Part shown: in pieces, positions 47,071-55,523 of the stretch | Layout of the letters: each line of letters opens with the position of its first letter | Numbering within the stretch: the stretch's first letter is position 1 | From: Capsulimonadaceae bacterium | Lineage (GTDB): Bacteria > Armatimonadota > Armatimonadia > Armatimonadales > Capsulimonadaceae | Direction: 5' to 3' | Length of the DNA: 64,000 bases | NCBI GenBank assembly: GCA_965215505.1 | Contig: OZ244065.1 | Location: 5,152,001 to 5,216,000, forward strand | Program-made: the position numbers and the translations under genes | The notes under the pieces: model-generated | The model's database searches: none | What the model was told of the DNA's origin: nothing | The model's input: only the letters and a program-made list of their open reading frames with translations

Positions 47071-47609
47071 CGTTCGCCACGCGCGCCTCCATCCCCACTG
47101 CTTCGGTCCCGGTCCTCGCCCGCACGCTCCACGCCGTCGCCCTGTCCCTCTGGCTCGGCGGGCTGGTCTCCATCGGCGCGCTGGTCGCGCCCACGGCCTT
47201 CCACGTCACCCGGACCGCCCCCGCCTTCGCCGGAAACCTGCCCTTGCAGAACGCCGTCGCCGGCGGGATCGTCGGCGGCAGCCTCCACCTCTTTACTTTC
47301 CTCTGCTACGCCTGCGGCGTTCTTCTGCTGCTGGCGAACGGCCTGCTCCTGTCCCAACCCTCCCGCCGCTGGGCGCTGGCCGGGCTGGTCGTCACCGGCC
47401 TGCTGCTGTGTACGGCCCTCACCCTCGGCCTCTCCCTGACGCCCGCCATGGATGCCGCCCAGGCGCGCGGCGACCTCGCGACCTTTGACCGCCTGCACCA
47501 CCTCTACGAACAAATCTCCTCACTCGTGCAGATGCCCCTGCTTCTCCTGCTCGCACTGTTCGGCGCGCTCCGGGACACCCCGTTGCGGCCGGAGCAGTCT
47601 TGCCCCTGA
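47067..47609 (+). CDS. DUF4149 (TMEM205-like) membrane protein
   Basis: LWLGG....ALVAP.AF, P.M, F..LH; four TM; ATGA overlap with hisS. Confidence 0.75.
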   Translation: MTFATRASIPTASVPVLARTLHAVALSLWLGGLVSIGALVAPTAFHVTRTAPAFAGNLPLQNAVAGGIVGGSLHLFTFLCYACGVLLLLANGLLLSQPSRRWALAGLVVTGLLLCTALTLGLSLTPAMDAAQARGDLATFDRLHHLYEQISSLVQMPLLLLLALFGALRDTPLRPEQSCP

Positions 47610-47613
47610 AAGG

Positions 47614-48042
47614 TCAGGCGAGGCTGCCGTTGCCGCGTGTCAGTCTTCGTCTTTCTTTATCTTCCGCCCCCAGCAATTTCGCGCCGTTCAACCCCAGCAC
47701 CGCCCCGAAGAGGGTGCCAATAACGCCTGCCAGGGCCGTGATGGCGTTCTTCCTCAGCTCCAAGTCTCTGTCGAAGAGCGCGATGTAGCCGCAGGCACCA
47801 GTCACGAGGAGCGCGATCACGATAGTGACACCCAAAACGATCAGCACCAGCCGCTGCCGGAACTTCTCTTTGCTCGTCGCCATCTCCCGCTTGTGGGCGG
47901 CCTCCAGAGGGTCATTGGGAGGTTTGTAGGAAAAGCCGACGTGTTCCAGGATCTGGCCGGGCAGCTCCGCCGGGACCCGGAAGAAGCCAGGCAGCGCGGG
48001 GCTTGCGGGCGAAGAACTCTGGTCGTCATGACTCGCATCCAT
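47614..48042 (-). CDS. Two-TM membrane protein
   Basis: RBS AAGGAG; two hydrophobic helices; 12 nt after the RHH gene. Confidence 0.6.
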   Translation of the reverse strand: MDASHDDQSSSPASPALPGFFRVPAELPGQILEHVGFSYKPPNDPLEAAHKREMATSKEKFRQRLVLIVLGVTIVIALLVTGACGYIALFDRDLELRKNAITALAGVIGTLFGAVLGLNGAKLLGAEDKERRRLTRGNGSLA

Positions 48043-48054
48043 GCGCCGGCTCCT

Positions 48055-48258
48055 TTATGGCAGTATGACTTCCTGCACCGTCTTGGCCTGCTCACCTATG
48101 AGGTTGATCTTCTTGCCGGCCTCGCGCGCGTCGCTCAGATAGGCGTAACTTGCGACCGCGCGGCGGATGATCTCGGACTTCGGTATCTCCTTGGAATTGG
48201 CGAGGTCCGTCAGCACTTTATCGAACTTCGGCCCCAAGTCCATAGTAAAGCGTCGCAT
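48055..48258 (-). CDS. Ribbon-helix-helix (CopG-like) protein
   Basis: RBS GGAGGA; MRRFTMDL strand, L.DLA, KSEIIRRAV. Confidence 0.75.
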   Translation of the reverse strand: MRRFTMDLGPKFDKVLTDLANSKEIPKSEIIRRAVASYAYLSDAREAGKKINLIGEQAKTVQEVILP

Positions 48259-48472
48259 CTTTTGTCCTCCTACCGGCATCATTATTGCTGCACTGTACCA
48301 GAGATTCCTGTGATTTGCCCTGGTGCCGCCCGAATCCGCCTGCCCCTTGCGTTTTCCCGTCCGCCCGGCTATAATAACCGCGTACCACTCGTGTTACACG
48401 CCGCGCCCTCACCCGGCGCGCGCTCCCTCGGCCTTGTGTTCGGCTCGTCGTGTCTTAGAAGGAGAAACGATC

Positions 48473-49660
48473 ATGTCTCAGGTCTTATCGAAGGTTGCGC
48501 GCGCCGGCCTGGCGGGCGTCGTCGGGCTGGCGGCCGTCGTCGGGGCGGCGCAGCTCGCCGGCCACCACCGGGCCGCGCCCGACGCCCAATCGGCGCAGGA
48601 CGGGACGCTCTTGCAGAACGGCTTCGGCCACCTGCACCTCGCCCCCGCCGTCTCCTATGCCAACCTGACCGTGTACCCGGTCTACGGCGACGCGCCCGCG
48701 CCGGCCCGCCCCGTCCCCGCCGAGTACGTGACTCTGGCCGAGGGCATGGACAAGGGCAGCGTGACCGGGCGTGAGTCGGACCCCGGCTGCGTCGGCGGCG
48801 ACAGCTCCGCGCCCGCCGGGGCGGCGGGCCTGACGGTCCCGGATGACAGCGTCACCAACGCCGACCAGGGCCGGGAACACCGGGACGCGAACCTGCTCCT
48901 GGTGACGAACACCGCCCCCCAACCGACCTATGTGCCCGACGGGCAGGTCGTTCCGGGCGGCGGGCAGGATCGGGGCACGGCCTCGGATACCCTCGTCCCG
49001 GCCCGCAGCGCCCAGGTCGGCGTGGCCGCCTACTGCGTGGAACACCACCGGTCCAGCGGGCCGTCGGCGGACTTCCGCAAGGACGTCGCCATCGCCATCC
49101 CCTCGGTCCGCTACGCCATGCAGGTCGTCGGCGAGCAGCAGCCAGTCTGGGACGCCGTCGGCGTCGCCACCCGCCGCTTCGGGGCGACAACCCCGACGGG
49201 CACCTACGCCGCCCTGATCCGCAACCGCGCCGCCGAGTCGGCCGCCATGCCTTACGCAGACGCTCTGACGGTGCCGATCCAGGCCGCAACGCCCGGCCGC
49301 GTCGTCGGCGTGGTCGCGGTCATCAACGGCCGGATCGTCTGCACCGACCTGTACAAGAACCCGACCCTCTTCAACCAGATGTGGCCCTCCCTGCTCCGCT
49401 CCTACGCCTTGCAGGCCGCCATGCAGCCCGGCAGCCGCAAGCCCGCCGCGGCGGACGCGGCGGCGACGGGCCGCTGGCTCGCCTCCCTGGACAGCGCGCC
49501 CGGCACGCCCGCGCGTGAGGCGGACCTGACCCGCGTGGCCCGCGTCACCCTCCCGACCGGGGCGGGCATCCGGACGGCGGCGATGACCGAAACCGGCGGC
49601 CACCACATGGCCCTGCTGCACGAGGCGTTCTGGACCTCCGATGCCCAGATGACGAACTGA
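48473..49660 (+). CDS. Exported DUF6569/ARPP-1-like protein
   Basis: RBS AAGGAG; NLTVYPV, YVTL.EG, L.V.N, GG.QDR...D.LVP, YCVE..R, Q..VW..V, GV...ING, D.Y....LF...W..LL.SYA; TTGCGT-17-TATAAT at 48347-48375. Confidence 0.7.
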   Translation: MSQVLSKVARAGLAGVVGLAAVVGAAQLAGHHRAAPDAQSAQDGTLLQNGFGHLHLAPAVSYANLTVYPVYGDAPAPARPVPAEYVTLAEGMDKGSVTGRESDPGCVGGDSSAPAGAAGLTVPDDSVTNADQGREHRDANLLLVTNTAPQPTYVPDGQVVPGGGQDRGTASDTLVPARSAQVGVAAYCVEHHRSSGPSADFRKDVAIAIPSVRYAMQVVGEQQPVWDAVGVATRRFGATTPTGTYAALIRNRAAESAAMPYADALTVPIQAATPGRVVGVVAVINGRIVCTDLYKNPTLFNQMWPSLLRSYALQAAMQPGSRKPAAADAAATGRWLASLDSAPGTPAREADLTRVARVTLPTGAGIRTAAMTETGGHHMALLHEAFWTSDAQMTN

Positions 49661-49688
49661 GGCCGACGATCTGATTAATGATCTGACC

Positions 49689-50219
49689 ATGAACACCGTA
49701 TCCGAACCCGCATCCGAATCCATGCCCTTGCCCCGTGCCGCGCCCGCCCGCCAGGCGTGGGTCGTGGTCGAGGCGGCGCTCTCGTTCATCGGCGCGGGCA
49801 TCGCCGGCACGCTCTGGTGGAAGGACCGTCTCCACCAGGACGTGCCGTGCAGCGCGGATGGCGGATGCGAGATCGTCGCGGCCAGCCACTGGTCCCATGT
49901 TGATCTGCTCGTCTTCCACCAGGTCCCGGTCGCCCTGCTCGGGCTGATTGGCTACCTCGTCCTGCTGACTCTCGCCATGCTGCGGCTCGGGTCGGAAAGC
50001 GAAGTCTGGGGCCGTCGTCTGCACCGCCTGGTCTGGCTGATGGCGGCGGGCGGGGCGGCGTATTCCTGGTATTTGCAATGGGTCGCGCACTTCAAAATCG
50101 GGGCGTACTGCCCCTGGTGCCGCTCCTCCGCGTTCGTGATGACTTTCCTGCTGCTGGCGGCGACATGGGAGTGGTGGGCGGCGCGGCCCCGGATTGGGGA
50201 GGAAAGACTGCATGGCTGA
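49689..50219 (+). CDS. Vitamin K epoxide reductase (VKOR) family protein
   Basis: C.....C..V..S.WS, PVALLG...Y, CPWC. Confidence 0.88.
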   Translation: MNTVSEPASESMPLPRAAPARQAWVVVEAALSFIGAGIAGTLWWKDRLHQDVPCSADGGCEIVAASHWSHVDLLVFHQVPVALLGLIGYLVLLTLAMLRLGSESEVWGRRLHRLVWLMAAGGAAYSWYLQWVAHFKIGAYCPWCRSSAFVMTFLLLAATWEWWAARPRIGEERLHG

Positions 50220-51084
50220 GATGTACAAACCGGTGGCGGAGGACCCCCCCGCCCATGATCCTGGGGCGCTGGAGGCTGACTCAAACCTCCCCGCTGCTCC
50301 GGAGGTAGGGGCGCGGGCACCTGCTGGTGCCGTTTCATCGCGCGCCAAGGGGAAAACAAAAGGGGCTGTGCTGCTTGGCATCTGGCTCGCCCTGCTCGCG
50401 GGCCTGATCGTCGGGATCAACCTGATGAACCAGCCGCCCGTCATCCCCCCGAAGGTTGTGACGCCTCCATCAAACCCCATGCCGAAACTCACCGCGGCGA
50501 GGATGGAGGCGGACTGGCCGCAGATCGTCGCCCACGCTGCCGCCCCGCCGCTCGGTAAGGTGGGGGCGCGCTACACCCTGGCCGAGTTCGGCGACTTCCA
50601 GTGCCCGCAGTGCGGGAAGGCACGACCTATCCTGGAGAAGATGCTGGCGCAATATCCCGATCAGGTCAACCTGATCTTCGTCCACCGGCCCATCCCCGGC
50701 CTCCACGAGTTCGCGATGCCCTCCGGGCAGGCTTCGGAGATCGCCGCCGCGTCGGGCAAGTTCTGGCCGATGTACGACCTGCTGTACGGGAACCAGGATA
50801 ACCTGGAACCCGGCTTCTACGGCACCTATGCCGCCAAAATCGGTCTGGACAAAGCGCAGTTCCAGAAGGCGTTCGACGCCGGACAGGGCTTGGACAGGCT
50901 GAAGGAGACGGCTAAGTTCTCTGAGGCCGAGAACATTGACGAGACGCCGACGGTCCTGGTCCACGACAGCGTCACCAAGAACGTCACGATCTACATCGGA
51001 TTGATCGGTGCCAAAAACGCCGAGATCGGCGTCCCCTTCCCCGGCCTGGACAAACTCACCGCTACCCCTCCGTGGGCGAAGTAG
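50212..51084 (+). CDS. Membrane-anchored DsbA family thioredoxin-fold protein
   Basis: TM; EFGDFQCPQC, GKFW.MYD.L, TPT cis-Pro; overlaps VKOR. Confidence 0.88.
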   Translation: MAEMYKPVAEDPPAHDPGALEADSNLPAAPEVGARAPAGAVSSRAKGKTKGAVLLGIWLALLAGLIVGINLMNQPPVIPPKVVTPPSNPMPKLTAARMEADWPQIVAHAAAPPLGKVGARYTLAEFGDFQCPQCGKARPILEKMLAQYPDQVNLIFVHRPIPGLHEFAMPSGQASEIAAASGKFWPMYDLLYGNQDNLEPGFYGTYAAKIGLDKAQFQKAFDAGQGLDRLKETAKFSEAENIDETPTVLVHDSVTKNVTIYIGLIGAKNAEIGVPFPGLDKLTATPPWAK

Positions 51085-51129
51085 GGGAGGAGAACACGGA
51101 GAAAGAGACACGGAGAGGGATACGGCAAG

Positions 51130-51157
51130 AGGGGCGAACACAAGGTTCGCCCCTGCG
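51130..51157 (-). repeat. REP palindrome, copy of 31655-31681
   Basis: Reverse complement CGCAGGGGCGAACCTTGTGTTCGCCCCT. Confidence 0.75.
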
Positions 51158-51184
51158 AGTATTTCCGGCCCCCTCCGCCGCCCG

Positions 51185-51997
51185 TCACGCTTCCGGGACT
51201 TCCTGCGTCACCACCGTGAACTTTTCCAGCGTGTTCGAGCCGAAAGCCGTCGTCATCGCGACGTCGGTCGCGTCCCGCCCGCGCGTCAGCAGGACGCGCC
51301 CGATGCGCGGCTCGTTGTGTCGGGCATCAAAGGTATGCCAGCGGCCACCCAGGTAGACCTCGAACCAGGCATTGAAGTCGTCCGGGTTTACGTCCGGGGG
51401 GACGCCGATGTCCCCCAGATAGCCGTTGCAGTAGCGGGCCGGGATGTTCATGCAGCGGCAGAAGGTGACCGCCAGGTGCGTGAAGTCGCGGCAGACGCCG
51501 CGCCGCTCCGTGAACACGTCCAGCGACGTCTTGGACGGCCGCGCGTACCGGTAGCCGAATTCCACATGCTCGCACACCCAGTCGCAGATCGCCTGCACCC
51601 GCGCCCCGCCCGTCGGCGTCTGCCCGAACAGGTCCCAGGCGATGGACAGCATCTCGGCCACCTCGCAGTACCTGCTCCCCAGAAGGAACATCAGGCACTC
51701 GTCCGGCAGGTCCTCAATCGGGTGCTGCGGTGCATCCACCGCGATGACCTCGTGCAGCCCGCTGTCCTCGGCCACGGCCTCGGAATACAGGCGCAAGTGG
51801 CCTGCCGGGGCGAGCAGACGGTTACAGCGGTTGCCGAAGCCGTCAATAAACTCGGTGATCGGCAATTCCGGCTCGGACCGGGGCCGGTCCTCGCCGCGCA
51901 GCCGGTGCGCCTCCGAGGGGTGTGTGTTCAGCATCAGCAGCATGGCGGTCGGGGCGGGAAAATTGAAAGTGATGTCGTAGCCAAGGCGAATAAGCAT
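51185..51997 (-). CDS. Transglutaminase-like family protein
   Basis: DGFGN.C.R, FL..SRYC, GVCRDF.HL, IPARY..GYLGD, DF.AWFEVYL, GRDA.DV; DFNAW has Asn at the usual His/Ser position. Confidence 0.9.
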   Translation of the reverse strand: MLIRLGYDITFNFPAPTAMLLMLNTHPSEAHRLRGEDRPRSEPELPITEFIDGFGNRCNRLLAPAGHLRLYSEAVAEDSGLHEVIAVDAPQHPIEDLPDECLMFLLGSRYCEVAEMLSIAWDLFGQTPTGGARVQAICDWVCEHVEFGYRYARPSKTSLDVFTERRGVCRDFTHLAVTFCRCMNIPARYCNGYLGDIGVPPDVNPDDFNAWFEVYLGGRWHTFDARHNEPRIGRVLLTRGRDATDVAMTTAFGSNTLEKFTVVTQEVPEA

Positions 51998-52116
51998 AAA
52001 CGGGTACACGGGGTAACATGAGGGGGAGCGGCGGCATTGCCCGCAAGAGCGCGTACCTTCAGTGTACCCCAAGAGGGCGGCGAACGCGCCGGGGCTACCG
52101 TTGACGAGGAGAACAC

Positions 52117-53805
52117 ATGCCGACAGACCTGACCTTTGACCGCTACTACACCCACGAGGAGATCACGCGGCTCCTGCACGAGTTCGCCGCCGAGCGCCCC
52201 GACCTGGTCCACGTCCACAGCATCGGCCAGTCCTACGAGGGCCGCGACATCTGGCTCGCGACCGTGACGCGCTTCTCCACCGGCCCCGCCGACGAGAAGC
52301 CCGCCTTCTGGGTGGACGCCAACATCCACGCGACCGAGCTGTCCCCCTCCAGCGCCGCCCTCTACCTGCTGCACCGGCTGACGAGCGGCGATGGGGCCGA
52401 CGCCGACGTGACGCGCGCCCTGGACACCCGCGCCTTTTACATCGTCCCGCGCGTCAACCCCGACGGGGCCGAACTCGCCATGCAGACGCCCCCGCGCTGG
52501 CTCCGCTCCTCCGCCCGGCCCTACCCGTTCGACGAGGAACCCATCGAGGGGCTGCGGCGCGAGGACGTGGACGGCAACGGCAAGCTGCTCTCCATGCGTA
52601 TCCTGGACCCCAACGGGGCCTGGAAAGCGCACCCGGACGAACCCCGCCTGCTGGTCCGCCGAGGCCCCGCCGAGACCGGCGGCACCTACTACCGTCAGTT
52701 GCCGGAAGGCCGCCTGACCAATTTCGACGGCGTCCAGATCCGCCTGCAAAAGACCAAAGAGGGCCTGGACCTGAACCGCAACTTCCCCTCCGAGTGGCGG
52801 CCCGAGGGCGACCAGGGCGGCGCGGGCGAGTTCCCGGCTTCAGAACCCGAGGTGCGCGCCCTCGTGGAGTTCATCGTCAAGCACCCCAACATCTGCGGCG
52901 CGGTGACCTTCCATACCCTCAGCGGCGTCATCCTGCGCCCCTACGGCGTCAAGGCCGACTCCGAAATGATCCCCGAAGACCTGTGGACCTTCGGCAAGAT
53001 CGGCGACAAGGGCACTGAACTGACCGGCTACCCGAACGTCTCCGTCTTCCACGACTTCAAATACCACCCCAAGGAGGTCATCACGGGCGTCTTTGACGAC
53101 TGGATGTACGATCACCTTGGGGTTTACGCCTGGACGACCGAACTCTGGTCCCCGCAGCGCCAGGCGGGCATCACGGACTACAAGTTCATCGAGTGGTTCC
53201 GCGAGCACCCCGTCGAGGACGACCTGAAGCTCATCCGGTGGAACGACGAGAAGCTGGACGGAAAAGGCTTTATCCCCTGGCAGCCTTTCGAGCATCCCGA
53301 CCTCGGGCCGGTCGAGATCGGCGGCTGGGACTATGCCTACTGCTTCCGCAACCCGCCCCCGCACCTGCTGGAAGCCGAGATCGCCCCCCATTCCGACTGG
53401 CTGGTCTGGCAGGCCCTCATCACGCCCAAGCTGGAACTCCTCTCCGCCGAAGCGAAGCCCCTGGGCGACGGCGTCTACCGCGTCCGCCTGGTCGTCCAGA
53501 ACACGGGTTGGCTGCCCACCTACGTCTCCAAGCGCGCCCTGGAGCGCAAGAGCGTCCGCCCCGTACTGGCCGAGATTACCCTCCCCGAAGGCGCGACCCT
53601 CCATGTGGGCCGCGTCCGTGAGGAGATGGGCCAGCTCGAAGGCCGCCACCTCAAAGCCGCGAGTGGATTCAGCCCCGTGGCCGACCCCACCGACGACCGC
53701 GCCCACTTCGACTGGATCGTCCACGCTCCGTCGGGCGGCACGGTGAAGTTGATCGCGCGGCACCAGCGCGCGGGCGTGGTGCGGGCGGAGGTGGAGCTAG
53801 TCTGA
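52117..53805 (+). CDS. M14 family zinc carboxypeptidase
   Basis: IG.SYEGR, NIHA.E, NPDG, DLNRNFP, SEPE, TFHT; RBS GAGGAG. Confidence 0.9.
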   Translation: MPTDLTFDRYYTHEEITRLLHEFAAERPDLVHVHSIGQSYEGRDIWLATVTRFSTGPADEKPAFWVDANIHATELSPSSAALYLLHRLTSGDGADADVTRALDTRAFYIVPRVNPDGAELAMQTPPRWLRSSARPYPFDEEPIEGLRREDVDGNGKLLSMRILDPNGAWKAHPDEPRLLVRRGPAETGGTYYRQLPEGRLTNFDGVQIRLQKTKEGLDLNRNFPSEWRPEGDQGGAGEFPASEPEVRALVEFIVKHPNICGAVTFHTLSGVILRPYGVKADSEMIPEDLWTFGKIGDKGTELTGYPNVSVFHDFKYHPKEVITGVFDDWMYDHLGVYAWTTELWSPQRQAGITDYKFIEWFREHPVEDDLKLIRWNDEKLDGKGFIPWQPFEHPDLGPVEIGGWDYAYCFRNPPPHLLEAEIAPHSDWLVWQALITPKLELLSAEAKPLGDGVYRVRLVVQNTGWLPTYVSKRALERKSVRPVLAEITLPEGATLHVGRVREEMGQLEGRHLKAASGFSPVADPTDDRAHFDWIVHAPSGGTVKLIARHQRAGVVRAEVELV

Positions 53806-54293
53806 TGGACGCTGCTGAACACGATCAAGTCGCTGAGGTCGCCGAGAAACTGGCCGCTCGTGTGGATGCGGTCGGAATAAACGGTCTGTCGCCATCAGAA
53901 CAAGTCATCGTGCGGGCGTGGTCCGCTGCCGGTGTTATCAGCAACGCAGGCTTCCGGTACTTCTACGAAGGTGCAACCACATCGCGGCTGTTGCTGACGC
54001 CTTTGAGGCATTAGACCTGCCCGAAGCTGCTCAAGCCTGCCGCAAATCCATGACTCGCTTTCCGGCATGGGTTCTCGCGGCAGGATATGAGCAATCGCGC
54101 GCGTGGATGGCGCAACTTGATGAAGCCGAACTCGATGCTTATTTTGATCCCCTCAACGACATTCTCTGGGGCTTGCACGACAACAACCGATTGGCTCATG
54201 CGCTTGCGCGATACATCCGTGAGAGAATCGGGCGGGATGGTAAAGTTAATTGCCCGGCATCAAAGGGCAGGCTTGGTGCGGGTGGAGGTATGA
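53805..54293 (+). pseudogene. DUF4375/DMP19-like protein, frameshifted near 53978; 3' end uncertain
   Basis: LS..EQ, V.N.GF..FY in first frame, continues IAAVADAFEAL.L..AA in next frame; TGATG overlap with M14 stop. Confidence 0.6.
54228..54290 (+). repeat. Diverged copy of the M14 gene 3' end (53731-53793)
   Basis: SGGMVKLIARHQRAGLVRVEV vs SGGTVKLIARHQRAGVVRAEV; 14 of 63 nt differ, mostly synonymous. Confidence 0.9.
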
Positions 54294-54574
54294 CTGCCTT
54301 GACCCCGGTGCTGCACAGGGTCATACAAATCATAGCAGAGCAGTTCGGGGAGGATATCGGCAGCCTGACGCCCGAAACCCGTTTCGTGGAGGACTTGGCT
54401 GAGTCCCTTGAGTTCACAGAGACGATAATGGCGTGCGAAGAGGCGTTTACTCTCTCCATATCGAACGGGGATGCCACCGGGCTTGTCAATATCGGTCTCC
54501 TCGCCGACTACATCGAGAAACGCTTGGGACCTGATCCTGGGGTGTGGCCTCCCGCACCCAGAGAGGCGGGATAA
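54290..54574 (+). CDS. Acyl carrier protein-like
   Basis: RV..IIAEQ, TPE.RF.EDL.ESLE..E.IMA.EE.F...I...DA; RBS GGAGG within the repeat; VWPPAP tail. Confidence 0.75.
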   Translation: MTALTPVLHRVIQIIAEQFGEDIGSLTPETRFVEDLAESLEFTETIMACEEAFTLSISNGDATGLVNIGLLADYIEKRLGPDPGVWPPAPREAG

Positions 54575-54606
54575 ACACCAATGTCACGCGCCAATTGCGG
54601 CGAGCG

Positions 54607-54737
54607 AGGACGAGTGGTTAAAATCACTCGCTGACATAGGATTTGTCCAAGGGACAAGGGATAGGATGATACCGAACTTCCGCCTTCTGTCCCCTGGACA
54701 GGTCGGTCGGTAGCGAGTGATTTCAATCACTCGTCCT
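54607..54737. repeat. REPIN-like inverted-repeat element
   Basis: AGGACGAGTGGTTAAAATCACTCGCT..TGTCCAAGGGACA versus TGTCCCCTGGACA..AGCGAGTGATTTCAATCACTCGTCCT. Confidence 0.7.
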
Positions 54738-54830
54738 GCTCTGCTCGTCCTCGCTCTGCTCAGGTGCCGATACAAACCTGCACAACACCAATTCAGTGGA
54801 TCACGCGATGAATGGGCGGTATAAGCTGCT

Positions 54831-55517
54831 GTGACACCGACAGTAATCAACTCTGAAGCCTCACCGGAAGTTGGGCTGACTTATAAAGAGCGTCTGGACG
54901 CCGACATGAACTGGGCGCTTCGGGAGGGCGGCATGTTCTTTCAGAACGAAAGCGAAGTGCAGAAGTCCCTGCGTCGCATCACCGCCCGCCTCAACGACCT
55001 GGGCATAGACTATGCCGTCGTCGGCGGCATGGCCCTGTTCCTGCATGGCTTCCGGCGCTTTACGGAGGACGTGGACATTTTGGTAACGCGCGAGGGCCTG
55101 CAAAGGCTGCATGAGGCTCTGGAAGGCAGCGGCTACCGGCCACCGTTCGCGAACAGCAAGAACTTACGGGACACAGACAATGGCGTTCGCATCGAGTTCC
55201 TTGTCGCCGGCGAGTATCCGGGCGACGGCAAGGCAAAGCCGGTGGCGTTTCCTGAACCCGCCGCCGTCGCAACCGAGCAAGAGGGCGTCCGCCTCCTGAA
55301 CCTGACCGCACTCATCGAGCTCAAGCTGGCGTCCGGCATGACAGGTCTGGCCCGCCTCAAGGACCTTGCAGATGTGCAGGAAGTGATTAAAATGCTTCGA
55401 TTGCCGGAGACGCTGGTGGAGCAACTGGACCCCTACGTTCAAGAGCGCTACAGGGAACTCTGGCAGGGGGCCGAGGCGGAGCGGCGACAAAAGCAGGACG
55501 ACGAGCCTCAAGGATAA
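54831..55517 (+). CDS. Nucleotidyltransferase-like protein (DUF6036/AbiEii-like)
   Basis: YAVVGGMAL..HG..RFTEDVDILV, LIELKL.S, R.KDLADV. Confidence 0.75.
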   Translation: MTPTVINSEASPEVGLTYKERLDADMNWALREGGMFFQNESEVQKSLRRITARLNDLGIDYAVVGGMALFLHGFRRFTEDVDILVTREGLQRLHEALEGSGYRPPFANSKNLRDTDNGVRIEFLVAGEYPGDGKAKPVAFPEPAAVATEQEGVRLLNLTALIELKLASGMTGLARLKDLADVQEVIKMLRLPETLVEQLDPYVQERYRELWQGAEAERRQKQDDEPQG

Positions 55518-55523
55518 CCATAA

